This document shows, piece after piece, positions 50,041-62,061 of a stretch of DNA of 64,000 nt. The notes under the pieces are model-generated. The model was not told where the DNA came from. It saw only the letters and a list, made by a program, of their open reading frames with translations, and did not search any database. Source of the DNA: Camelus ferus. Its lineage: Eukaryota. Every line of letters begins with the position of its first letter. Positions within the stretch are counted from its first letter, which is position 1. The stretch covers positions 3,040,001 through 3,104,000 of the forward strand of contig NC_045696.1 in the NCBI RefSeq assembly GCF_009834535.1. The letters are read 5' to 3'. The translations under genes were made by a program, and so were the position numbers.

Positions 50041-52179
50041 TCTTGTCCTCAGGAAGAATTCAGGAGCAGAAGGCGCGGGACTGCAGGTGACTGCCTCGGT
50101 CCCATTCCCTGGTTCAGAGCCCAGCACACAGCAAGTGCTCAAGACGTGTGCTGAACAGAGTTCCACAAATGCTTCAAAACTGGTTTTGCTCAAATCTCTA
50201 GATTAAAAAAAATTCTACTAATATTCTGCTCAAAATGAGTGGGCTCCAGTTTGGGCCTAAATACACTTTGAGAAATAATTTTGCGATGATGACTGGAAAG
50301 GATTTGGTCTAAATTTTACACTGCCTGAAAATGGATGGTCAGAGTCAAATTTCTTCCTCTGTCCAAACACTGCTTCTCTAGGTACTGCTTGTCTGGAAGT
50401 ATTCTATTGCCATGTACTAAATCAACTCATCAATAAACCTCAATTCAATTCTGGTAAAATCTGTAACTTAAGAAAAATCCAGAAGAAACTGGAAAACCAG
50501 CAGGAAAAAAAAATCTTAATTTCCTTTTAAAACAATGGGAGTTCTTTCCCCTGTAAAATGGATGAACTCAAGTACTATAAATTCTCACCATGAGTGCAAT
50601 TAAAATGTGTAAACATAATGGTTTTCCATGTGGGACATTGAGAGCTCAGTTTAATGAGGCCCCTCCCTCCAAAGCCTGGATGGTACCCATGGAGAATCAT
50701 TCCAGCGAGAGCTGGGCAGGACCTCTGAGGTCATCAGTGGTGACTCCATGCTCTCCTGCAAGCTCCACAGGAACCTGGAGGCAGAGGCGGGACACACGCC
50801 TCAGACCCGTGAGGCCAGGCGGCTGGCCTGGGTCAGCTGGACACTGTGGGGCAAATCAGGTTGGTCCAGTTTCTCGCAGTCCCCTCCTCCCTCCGGCTCA
50901 CCTCCTGCAAATAGAGGGCAGCAGAACTGGAGCAAATTCCTGGGTTTAAACCCTATTTTCAGCACATACCCCAAGCACATAAAAAGAAGACTTTTTAAAA
51001 AAGGTTCTTAATAGGTGCCCCTGGAACTCACCACCCCAGGAGGGACAAGGGTCAGAATACCCAGTTTCATTCTACCGTCAAAGAGAGCAACTTCAGAAAC
51101 ACCCCATTAGAGCATCTCTATTACAAGCGGTAAAGTGCAGTTTTTATACCCATCTTCCAAAAGAGCCCAACCTGACGTGCACCTGTATGACTGCAAAGTG
51201 CAACGACCAGAGGGAGATGGCCCCACCCTCGCACACTGCCTGGGGAAGAGTGCCGTGTACCTGCTGGAGAAGATGAGACTCAAAAGCAAACAATGGGAGT
51301 GACGCTGGGAGGGCCTTCCCAGAACTGAAGCGCTGCTATAAATAACCAAAGCAGCCCCAGCATATTTTAAACAATCTACTTAAAGACAAAGCTTTAAAAG
51401 TGCATCTTATCTTACTTTGAGGCAACAGGGGCAGGGGAGATGCATGTTTCCCAAACAAGCTCTCATGCACTTTTCTTTTTGCAGAGAAAGAGAGAGAATA
51501 CAACTTCCCTTCTAGAGAAAACACTTTCTGTGGTTTGTGCTTTAAAGGCTCGAGGCAATATTAAAGGTTAATGACAACAGCCACCACCTCCTTCCCCGGC
51601 TTACACACGAAAAGGGACCCTCCATCTGTACCACTTTGTCCCACCAACAAAGAGAACCTCAAGGCGGTGCGCACAAAACAGAACCTGCAAATGCAGTTCC
51701 AAAACTACGTGGTGAAACACTGGAGGTCTAGAGCCCTGGGTTGACAAGGTTGATCTTAAAAGACATTGAAGAAGGAGCAACGGGGGAGAATAATCTAATC
51801 CAGTTACCAGCTCAAACAACTGCACACAATTCAAATCCAAGGGCAGGTGGGCACGTTCCAGGCAGTGAGCTCAGGGAGACTCAAGGAAAGGCCGGCTTCG
51901 GAATTCCACCTTGAGAAATTCAAACCTGGCGGTGGAGTAAGGGGCTTTCCAGTGTCCTGTTCCCACGCCTAGGTCACAGGTCACCAGGATCAGCAGCGTG
52001 GCCGCCGAGGCAGGGAGGGCAGGAGGCTGGGAGAAGGAGGAAAAAGGAGCCTGACGGTTGGTGCCCAGAGGCTGGGTGACTTTCTGACGCTTTAAGTCCT
52101 GTAAATCCAGAAGGACGCTGTCAGTTGTGTTGGCCAAGAGGCTCACGGGCTCCGGGAATGAGCTGCGCAACAGACAAAC

Positions 52180-53230
52180 AACCCGAAGGCCCAAGGTGCC
52201 GGAGCTCGATTCGCCCGGACGGCTCCTGCGCCGGCTCCTCCCCGCCGGCGGGTCCCCGGAGGTGGACCTGGCGGGCACGCCCACGTCCCCGCCGCCCAGC
52301 CGACCGCGCGCCGCGCCTCTCTAGATCCCCGGCTGCGCTGTCACCGCGGCCGGGGCGGGCTGGGGAGGGGACCCGGCAGGACAGCTCAGCTCGCCCCTGC
52401 CCGGGGCTCCGGTGGGCGGCTGCCGGCCCGGCACCGGCTCCCCTGCCTCCGCTTGCCGGGTCTGGGGCCGCCCGGCCGCTCCTCTAGACCCCTCGCTGCA
52501 AAGATGCCCTCAGCCAGGGGAGCGCGGGACCGCCCCGGCCCCGGCCCCGGCCCACGACGAGCACAAAGACGGGCCAGCAGCCCGCAGAAGGCCGCCCCAC
52601 GGCATCCCCGCCCGCCGCCCGCGGTGGCAGGTGCTGCGCGGCCCCGGCGCCCGGGCCCGGCCGCCCGGCAGGCGCGGAGCGGTGTCCGCGCCGCCGCGTC
52701 CCCCGCCCCGTCCCGGTCCCCGCGCCTCACCTGCGCCGCCCAGGCCCGCACACCGCCGCCCGGCCCGGCCGCCGCGGGCGCTTCCTGCTCGCGACTTCCT
52801 GGGGCGGCGCGCCCAGGCCCCGCCGGCCCTTTCACTTCCCTGCGGCCCGCGGGGCGCCCGGCCGGGCGGCGGCTCGGCCCCTCCCCCTCCGGCCCGTCCC
52901 CGGCGCGTCCCCTCCCCGGTCCTCCCGCGGCCCCGGAGCGCGCCCAGGGTCCCAGGCAGCCCGGGGACGCCGGGCCGGGGCGCCCCCACGCGGAGCGGCG
53001 CGGCCCGCTCGCCGGCTGTTGGGGCTCCAGGCCATCGCCGCTCGGGAGTCTTCCCCGCGGTCCCCGTCCCCGCACCTGCCTGCGGGTGCCCGGGGCGGAC
53101 TGGCATGTTCGCCACTGCCCAAAGGGGAGCTCCCCAACGGCGCTTTGTCCTCAAGGTAGGTCCCTCCCAACAGCGGCACTGCGATGCTTCCCGGGAAGGG
53201 ACCTGCGCTAAGGGGCGTCTGCCTCGGCCT
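52180..53230. promoter_or_regulatory. SLC37A1: CpG island / main SLC37A1 promoter
   Basis: Very GC- and CpG-dense block about 4 kb upstream of the ATG exon. It has many GC boxes, GGAA(G) ETS cores at 52781-52787, 52794-52801 and 52833-52840, and no obvious TATA box. Confidence 0.88.
52731..52850 (-). other. SLC37A1: Putative non-coding exon 1 (5' end approximate)
   Basis: Strong minus-strand donor GCAG|gtgagg at 52731/52730 inside the CpG island. No ATG in this stretch. Confidence 0.65.
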
Positions 53231-55639
53231 CCAGGACTTTATTCTTCTTAGGGGTCAGGCTCATGAGACTAACACTCTATTAACTGAAAAACGGGGCCCA
53301 CGATAGGCTAAGCGGACCATCTCTTAGCACACTTTCATGTGTGCGACACACACAGCTCACGTGGCCATGCTGGAGAACCGCAGCCGGCTCTGGTCACCTG
53401 AACTGGAAGAACCCTTCCTGGTGCAGTAACAGTTCCCATTTCACCCCAGAAAGTGTTCTCTGAATGCTATGCTCAGTTCTTGCCAAAAACTAACCCTGTG
53501 CACCGGCACCCCTCCAAGCCTGATTCCTCTCCTGGGGTATCTGCAGAGCACCCACAGTAGATACGGCATCCAAACCCAGCCCAGGTGCCCAGCTCCCAGG
53601 ACAGTACCTCCCTCCAAGTAACAAGTGAGGCGGAAACATTCTGCAGAATAAATTCCAGAAAGAACTGCACCCCACCCCCCGCGCTGCCCGCTCCAAGTTA
53701 AAACTGGAGAGCGGTCTGCAGGAGCGTGTGCCTCAGCATCCCAGCGGGTACCGGGCTTCCCCGCCAGGCCTCTCAGGGCCCCTAAGGGCCCTGCTCTGTT
53801 TTGCAAACACCCTGCTATCCTTTTCCGCTGGCAAGTTGGATGTCTAAGGCACCGCTTCTTCGGGCTTCTGAGAAGCGTTCTCCACGCAGGAGGGAGACCA
53901 GCGGGCCTCCCTGTAGCCCTGAGCTCAGCCACAGGAAATCCTACAAGGGGAACGGCCCGAGCCTCCTGACTTCTCCCTCCTGACTTCTCCCTCCCCTTGG
54001 CGAGCTCTCTCCCCAGGCCTCCTCTTTCAGGTAGCCCTCCTCCCTTTCCTCACTCTCCATTCCTGGTGATCAGAACCTGCCTAGCCCTGCTCTGGCACTT
54101 GGCAGGGACTCTGCTCGGGCTCCTCCTCCCACCCTGAACTTGTGCATCAGCCTCCCCTCTTCTGAGCTCTCCCTCAGGTAACCACCGTTCCAGGGCCTTC
54201 AGCTGCCCTCCTAGAGCAGACAGACCTGTCGTTCCTGATGAAAACCTTTCAAGAGCCCCCACTGGATCAGGAATGAGCCCCAGTCCTTAGCAGCTAGAGA
54301 ACAACACCTGAACCCACTCTTGGCTTCATGACAGAAGCTCAGGACAGCACGTTAGTTTCTAAGACACGTGCTTTCTTGCACACTGAGTTGGTATCTCTGC
54401 CTTGGCCCTCCTGACCCCAGCCTCTCCTCATGAGCTCAAATTTGGAGACCCAGGCCAAATACTTCTCTGTTCTCTCAGGCAATCTTCACCGCGTTTCCAG
54501 GGCACTGCAGAAACCTCTTCGTCCCGACTTCCCACAGTGAACTAGGACTACTTATTTCCAAACCTTTCTCTTGGCCCTTAGCCTGGGCCTGGAGGGGTTC
54601 TCGGGGTCCTGCCCCGATCGGGAGGTGCTCATCTACACTGGCCAACTGCACGGACAGGCGTGGAAGGACAAAGCACAGGGTACCCCACGTTTCCACCCCA
54701 TTTCTCACCTAGGAAACGGCGACCTCTGCATGGCCCACTGGGGAAGACCAGAGGGTCCTGAGGTGGTCTATATAATATTTGCTGAAAAAATTCATCTTTT
54801 AATTTTATAAAGATGAAAATATCAACCTTTTAGAAAATAATAATATTTTTATATTAACCTTTTGTATGATTATAAGAAATAATTAAAAATATGTTAGGGG
54901 AGATAGTAATTTTGTACGAAACTTCCAATTGAAACGGTCCCCGTTTTGAGATGAAACCTTGTGAGTGCTTTGTATGTTTGTAAGACAAACATACAAGGTA
55001 GTTATGCTGGAAACGGCTGCACACAAGCTCAGGACGGAGGGGACAGCGGGGACGTCACCATCGAGACACTGTCTTTGTGCAGGTAGAAAACTTGAAAGCC
55101 GTTTTTTTCAATCACACACATTTCACAACAGCTGAAATATTTAGGAATCTGACACTCTTCTTTTTCTTCCGACATGTAATATTGACATTTCCTGTGAGAA
55201 TCAAATGCATTTCCAGTCCTGTGGAGCTTTTCACATCCAGTACCGCAAACTCACGACAAGCATGCGGGCCAGTGGTGGCGTGCCCTCAGGCGGCCGTGGA
55301 CAGAGTGCTGGCCAGGCTTCCAGAGAGATGAGCCCAGGGGGCCCAGACCTGGGGCTGCCAGCTGCGCACACCTGCCTGGGCGGGCCTCTGCTTTATCCTG
55401 AAACTTCTATGCTTGCTCTGAATTTATTTTATTTCAGAAAAAGCGAAGTAGACCAAATGAAAGGCACAAACACTCTTATCTGGCAGATGTGTACTGGGGG
55501 CCAACGAGGGCCAGACCGTGCCAGGCACTGAGCCTTAAAGTCAGCAGGGGCCTTGCCTTTGAACAGTTCATCGAGCAAAAGGCTCGTGAAGAACAGGCTG
55601 GTCCCCTCGAAGGGAAAGTGACGTGAGCACGGGGACGCG

Positions 55640-56106
55640 ACTTCTGTTCACTGCCTGGGGCGGCTGTAACCAGCGCCTCAAACCAGGTGACTTCAGACAG
55701 TGGAAATGTACGGTCTCACAGCGATGGAGGCCAGGGTGGTGGCAGGGCCGTGCCGGAGGCTCCGGGAAGACTGTGCTCCGTGCCCCTCTCCCCGCTCCCG
55801 GTGCTGCTGCCGGTCCGTGGCGTCCCTTAGCCTGCAGACGCCTCGCTCGCGTCTGCTTCTGCTGCTCTCCGGCCTTCTCCCTGCATGTCTGTGTTCACAC
55901 GTCTTCTCTCCGTGCGTCTGTGTGTCTGTGTGTCTCCTCTTACAAGGACACCAGTCATGCTGGATTGAGGGTGCACCCTACTCCAGGAGGACCTCAACTG
56001 AACTAATTACACCTGCAATGCCCCTATCCCAAATAAGGTCACATTCTGAGGTTCTGGGAAGGACACGCATTTGTGGGGCAGGAGGGGGCCATTATTTAAC
56101 CCTACA
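55640..56106 (-). mobile_element. MLT1C-like solo LTR
   Basis: Reverse MLT1 motifs: aaatgtacggtctcacag, tcttacaaggacaccagtcat, and aattacacctgcaatgccctatcccaaataaggtcacattctgagg. Confidence 0.8.
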
Positions 56107-56359
56107 AGGCGATATATGTTCGAGAAGGTGGTAGGGAAGGCACCCAGGCCTGAAGAGGCCAGGGCAGTGAGCCGTTACGGGAACTCGGAGTGCTGAGGCC
56201 GCAGGAGGGAACCGTGGGACGGGACTGGGCCTTTGGCAGAGGAGCAGCTGCTGTCAGACTGTGGCCCCCTGGGATAAGCAGCCCGACCTCTCCTCCTGCC
56301 CTCTGACTGGTCCAGTCGAGGAGGGAGGTGGAGGCCAAGGGAGCCCCGCCGACACAGGG

Positions 56360-57400
56360 CAGTACCGGCACAGGCGTGCCCCTTCCCCGCACAGTGCTTC
56401 CAGCGGGCGGAGACGTCAGACAGCTAACCAGCAGTCACTACGCTGTGTTACACGTTACGATGCGGACATGCGGAGTGCCAACAGAGGGTCACCTGGCCCA
56501 GACTGGATGGTCACAGGAGGTGACGTCTCAGGAGCATACCAGGAGCTGGCCAAGAGCATGGGGAAGAGAAGGGACGTGGTCGGCGCGGAGGTACCATCAC
56601 GTGTACAAACGCCCACAACACCCGCAGGGAGGCGGGTCTGGGGAGCGGTGACAGTGCAGGGAAAGTGGGGAGGGGAGGGCCGAGGGCTCTGGCAGCAATC
56701 CAGGCCCGAGAGAGCGCTGTCCGGGAGCATAGATCTGAGGAAGGCCTGAGAGGTGAGAGAAAGGCGGTGAGAGAGAGGGAGGAGGCGGGATGACACCCAG
56801 GCTTGGGCAGCTAAGTGGATGGTGGGTCTTCATGGAAAGAAGGAGCAGACAGAGGGCACACAGAGTTGAGGGGCAGAGCGGGGCAAAGGATTAATTCACA
56901 CTCACTGAGCATTCGGTTCCCGTGGGACCTCTCAGTGGCTATGCTGACTGGGGGGTGTGTGGGTCTGGAGTCTCTGGAAGAATCCTAGGTTGGTGAGGGG
57001 GCCTGGTACAGACAGCAGTTGGCAGCTGGAGGGTAGAAAGCTTGCCCAGGCAGGAGACTAGGGCTGAACCCCCAGGGGTGCCAACGTTTAAGGGCTGGGC
57101 AGGGAGGAGGGGCTGGAAGCTATGGATGGAGCAGAGGGAAAATCCAGAAAAGTGTGATGTCCAGGAACCCCAAGGAAGGCAGTGCTTCTGGAACAAGGTG
57201 GGTGGCTGTGGAGCTGGAGGCTGCAAAGCAGTCAGGGTCTACTGGCTTCACCCTGGAGATCATGACTGAAGCTTCCATGGGTGTGGGCTGGGGTGGGCGG
57301 GCAGACCACTGGGGTCCCATGGCAGACCACTGGGGTCCCATGAGGAAGAGGAAGCCACACAGAACAGAAAACCAGTTCAGGAAGGCTGGCTGTGCCCGGG
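56360..57400 (-). mobile_element. Decayed L2 LINE
   Basis: Purine-rich L2-like text: gatgacacccaggcttggg..tggatggtgg and gaaaatccagaaaagtgtgatgtccaggaaccc. Confidence 0.5.
57300..57341. repeat. 21-bp perfect tandem duplication
   Basis: ggcagaccactggggtcccat x2. Confidence 0.9.
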
Positions 57401-57449
57401 GAAGCGAGAGGGCCCAAAGCTGGAGAGGGACTCAGGGAGGAGGAAAGAT

Positions 57450-58640
57450 ATTTTTAAATGTCTGACATTTTCAAGCATGTACAGAAGTCGAGAGAACACT
57501 ATGGTGAAGCCCCAGGTGTCCATCGCCCGGCTTCATCAGTGAGCATGCGTGGCCAGTTTTGTTTCCTGTCTGTTTGGACCCACCTCCTGCCCTATGATTA
57601 TTTTGCAGAAAATCCCATAGTATTTCATCTGTAAAGTTTCAGTGTGTATCTCTAAAAGATACAGTTCCAAACGCGATCACTGTACCGTCGTCAGGGCTCC
57701 CCCAAACAAGAAAACTCCAGAAGAGCATCGCATGCCCAGCCCATGTTCCTGCCTCCCCGACTGTCCTGTAAGTGGGCTCTCCATGTTCTCTGTTTGTTTT
57801 CAGATGCGGACCCAGACGGCCCACACCTGTGTGGCGCACGTGTCTCCTGGGCCTCTCCCTCTGGAGGTCCACCCGCATCTCTGTCGTCGCAGAGGCCAGG
57901 CCGTTTTCCCCACAGAGCTTCTTACACTCTGCGTTGCGCTGACTCCATCTTAATGACATGGTCAAACATATCCTTTTGCCCCCTGTATTTCCTAAAACTG
58001 GCAGCAAGGTCCAGAGGCTCGGCCGGATTCGGGTTGACCCGAGGCAGTGGTCGTCTTCTGCTGGCATTAGACGTCAGCTGCCTAAGCTCGTTAACTCTTC
58101 AGAAGCAGAACTGGCAGAAGCCGTGAACCCGTGGCACCGTAGTCCCATGGTTTCTTTTTTATTTACTTGCTCGCACGCTGCCCTAAAGAGAAACCTCTTC
58201 TACCAGCGATTTAGTTAGCTGAGGTACACTTCATATTGGAAAGGCGAGGTAAGTACGGAATTACTTTTTTTTTTTTTTGCCACTTTTCAAAATGATGAGC
58301 TGGTTTTCCACTATCTTCAAAGGTCAACAGTGTGCTCCTGTTTTGCTTTTTCGGCCTCTGCCCTAGTGGCCTGAGTCACAGTTGCTGGGTTTCGATCCAC
58401 TCCAGTTACTCCCCCAACTGAGTCGCATCTGCCCGTCTTTGGCCAGTGGGAGGCTCTTCTAATTGGCTCCTGAGTCCTTCCGACGTGGACCTGGCACCTG
58501 TGATAGTGTCCTTGCTTTCTAGTGTGACAGGCTGTCCCGAGCTCATCCCATTCGTCTGCTGCCCCAGACCTGGATTCAGCCACTTGTCCCAGGAGACCCA
58601 GGTCCTGAAGAAGCAGCAGAGAGGATGGGAGTGGGCGCGC
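57450..58640 (-). mobile_element. Old L1MC/ME 3' end
   Basis: ttttcaagcatgtacagaagtcgagagaa..., tatttcatctgtaaagtttcagtgtgtatctctaaaag, and ctgccccagacctggattcagccac. Confidence 0.65.
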
Positions 58641-60871
58641 CCAGGAAGGCAGCCGTGTGCTTAAATGACACATGTCCCTTCAGAGGCAGAAAGACAAGGA
58701 ATCCAAAATACATGAGGAGGAAAGAGCCTCAGGCTGGAGCAGGGAGGGCGGGAAGGGCAGGTGTGGCTGCAACGAGTCTGTAGGTGGGAAGGCATGAGGT
58801 GAGAGTTCTTACGCATCTTCCCTTTGTTGCAGAAGGAAGAGTCAGTGGCTGAAGTGAAGAGGCGGGTGTCCGAGGGAAGTGGAGAGGAGTCAGGGTAATG
58901 GCTGAGAACCTAGGGGGAGGGCAGCAGGTACTGCCCAGAGATGAGAGGAAGGCGAGGGGATAATGAACTTCTCTCTGTGCCAATCAGCAAGGTGGTGCCA
59001 GTGTGTCTGTGAGCCCCGGGGGCGCCGACAGAGGACAAACAGGTGGGCAGTGCCAGCTGAGAGGGTCAGCTTTTTGCTAGCCCCCAACTTGCAGGGAAGA
59101 GTCACTCCTTTTCCCTGGTCTTACAAAAGCGTCAACTCTGACACCTATTGGAAAAGAGGTGCCAAGAATAAGAACCTATTATGTGCAGAAGGAGCTCTGT
59201 GCTAGGAGCAGGGGTTGCAATGAGAAATAAGATTGAAAAAAAGGACCTTTGGCCAAGAAGCTCCGTCTTTGCAGGAAAACCACGAGGCGCGCGTGGGGGC
59301 GGGGGTGGGGGGGGTGCGTGGTCCAGGCAGGAGCAGAGGTTTCTTGGGGAGACGGAGGCAGGGCTGAGGTCTCCTGTTGGGAGCTTTGAGGATGCTGGGC
59401 TGCAGAGCTCAAGAAAATGCCTCAAGCTTAGAAAGCATAAAAGCATGAAATGTGATTCGAGAGATAAGGAAAGGTAACATCAGAACACGGTTACTTACCA
59501 TGGAGAAGAGGAGCCTCATTCCATCTCCACTGATCAAAAAGCAAGAACTCTAGCACTATGCGGCGCTCACCCTGCGAGTGAGGGAGTTTTGCCTTCATTC
59601 ACTAATGTTGAAAACGAGCAGGGCGAAGAGCCTCCTACCGTGAGTGCGTCCTGTATCCCAGGCAGACCAGAGTCCCCGCGCCAAGGAGCCACATGCCATC
59701 AAGGATGCGGGGGCAGGCCTGCTGGGTCCCCAGGGGCCCAGAGAGGAGGTGGCCAGACCACGGGCTGCCTCAGGCTGCAGATCTCTTGATTTGACTCTGG
59801 TTGACTCATTTATGAAACTCGGTCCCCCCAACGGCTCTCTGCCCGGATGCCAAGGGCCCAGGCAGCAGCCTGGAACAGCACTTAGAATCTCCCACAGGGG
59901 AAGTGGGAGGGGGTGTCAGAGAGCGGGGTCACATCTCCAAAAGGAGCGGGCATAGAAGAGGGCTAAAAGGACCAAAAATCGCAGTAACTCACAGTCTTTA
60001 GAAACATGGAGAAGAGACTAGGAGTGGAAAGCAGTTGCCTCTGGGCTGTGAGATGAGGTGCAGAAGGGACAAAGTTGTATATTTCCAAGTAGAATAAAAA
60101 TAAATATTAACGTAAAGAGAAAAGGCAGAAAGCTGTGCTCAGCCGAGGCAAAGGCTTGTTAGTGGTAGGATGTTAGAGCCTGTGATGCCTAAGTTAGGAC
60201 GCATCTGGGAGAGAGCTGCTTTGCAAGTATCACGAGATAACACCAAGGCAACAGCCTGTGTACAAGGGTGGCCCTGAGCAAACTATGTGTACAAGACAGG
60301 TGGGCAGTTGTCCCTGCTTCCAGACCCCTTGGCAGTGTTTCCCAGTGGAGAGCTTTCCTGCTCGTTTTCTGTACTGCAGTTAGGGGAGTGGTCACTGAGA
60401 AAATGCCTGAGTGTCTCTGGGAGTAGCTGGACCCGAACTCTGGCAGGGCAGTGGAGGGCGCTGGCAGGGGCTTACTCTCCCATTGGCCAAGCGTTCTGGC
60501 AGCTGAGCTCCCCTCTGCGGCTAACTTGTCGCCTGAGCCTGTCTGCTGCAAATTCCTCCAAGTCCTAAGCCCACAGGTGAGCAGCAGCTCAGGGACATGG
60601 AAGCAGGAAGCTGACCAAGTAAGGAGTCACCCCCTCAGCGGAGCTGGTGCAGACACGTGTCGCATGCAGGCTGGAAATGTGTATGAGGCCTCCAGCAAGG
60701 CTCAGGCCCTTTCAGCCCAGGTGTGGTGTGGCGGAACACGCGTCACACACCAAGGGGTCACACACCAAGGGGCCGTGCTCTACAGCTCCCTCTGGGCCTG
60801 TGTTTGATGATCTGTGAAGAGAGGGTGCTTTTGCTTTAAGCACTATGTTGACAGCCTGGAGGGTGTAACTA

Positions 60872-61191
60872 CAGTGGGGCCTCTGTACCCTCGGGGTCTG
60901 CATCTGGATTGAACCAACCATGGACGGAAAATACTTGGACAGAAACTCCAGAGAACTCCAGAGTCACAACTTGAACTTGCCACACACCAACAGCCACTTA
61001 CACAGCTTTTGCGCTGCATTAGGTGTTGTAAGTAATCTAGAGATTTCAAGTACATGGGAGGATGTGTGTAAGTTACGTGCAAATGCAACACCATTTACAT
61101 AAGGGGCTTGAGCGTGCTTGGATTTAGGTACCTGCCAAGGTGGGGGTGGGTGGACACAGAACCAACTCCCACAGAAACCAAGGGACAACTG
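60872..61191 (-). mobile_element. MER2-like TcMar-Tigger MITE
   Basis: TA-flanked CAGT.. start and ..gggacaactg end. Internal gtaagtaatctagagat, ggaggatgtgtgtaagttacgtgcaaat and ccatttacataaggggcttgagc. Confidence 0.8.
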
Positions 61192-61947
61192 GACTCATGT
61201 CCTCTCTACCAAACCTTAGCACACGCTCACCCATCTTCTCCCAGACAGCATGGAGCCGGGGAAGTTCTGGCCGTGCACGAGGAGGCTCTTCGCCCCGTCG
61301 GCTGAATCTGCCCTGCTCACCACAGGGGGACAGTCCCCCAACAGCCTACACTGATGACCTCGGCACTCACCGCGGTCACAGGAAGGCCGGGCCCTGGGCT
61401 CCTCCAGGCAGCTACGTTTTCTAGTTCCCCTATTAACTCCTATGGTTGAAATCGTTAGTTTTTCATCCTTAAAACTGAAATCTTTCTGAAACCAGACTCA
61501 TGTAACTCAGTAATAAATGCAATTTATTGGCTGTGGTATCTCTTCTGTGCTGTCACTTGGGATCATCTTTCTGAACGCCAGCCCTGACCCCACAGAGTAT
61601 CGTGGCCTGGCAGGAAAGCTGGGGGCCTGGGATCTGAAGATGCAGGCTCAAAGGCTGACTCCACACTTAGCACTGGGGGACCCCAGAGATGCCACGTCAC
61701 TCTCCTGAGCACCTCTTTTCCTGCTGTGACTCCCCAGGGCTGACCAGTGGGTGCAGGAGGGCGTGTGTCAGGATGTGGGCTCCACGAGGGCAGAAATTTA
61801 CCCCCTGTTCTGTCCTGCAGTGAATCCTTCCTGGAATTGAGCCTGGCACATCAGAGACACTCATTAAACCTTGGTTGTTGACTGACCAGCCACGAGAGTG
61901 AGTCAGAGCAAGACACCGCGGCTGCTCCACTACTAGAAAGCACGGCA

Positions 61948-62061
61948 AGTTAGCGTGAATATGAGTTAGCGTGCATATGAGTTGGCGTGAATGTGTAATC
62001 ATTTGAGGACACATGCTGGGAGCTGATGGTCATTTGAGGACACATGCTGGGAGCTGATGGT
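61948..62061. repeat. 16-bp x3 imperfect repeat followed by a 31-bp x2 perfect tandem duplication
   Basis: agttagcgtgaatatg-type unit x3 (61948-61995), then catttgaggacacatgctgggagctgatggt x2 (62000-62061). Confidence 0.9.

Larger units (their letters stand above)
3536..52850 (-). other. SLC37A1: SLC37A1 gene span (3'-incomplete; the final exons lie left of the window)
   Basis: 16 manually spliced GT-AG coding exons translate in frame from MARLPPGIRFIISFSRDQWYRAFIFILTFLLYASFHLSRKPISIVK to GTHKSLKGNAHALATVTAIIDGTGSV. The protein carries the GlpT-family motif RGLIMGVWNSHTSVGN. The upstream boundary (TSS) is approximate. Confidence 0.97.

Noticed and set aside
52386..53251. Overlapping 214-279 aa ORFs on both strands
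   Set aside because: Pro/Arg/Gly/Ala-rich products expected from a stop-poor CpG island. They have no recognisable domain and lack credible ATG starts.
61948..62061. CRISPR-like appearance of the 31-bp direct repeat
   Set aside because: Only two adjacent copies, no spacers, no cas genes, and a mammalian context.
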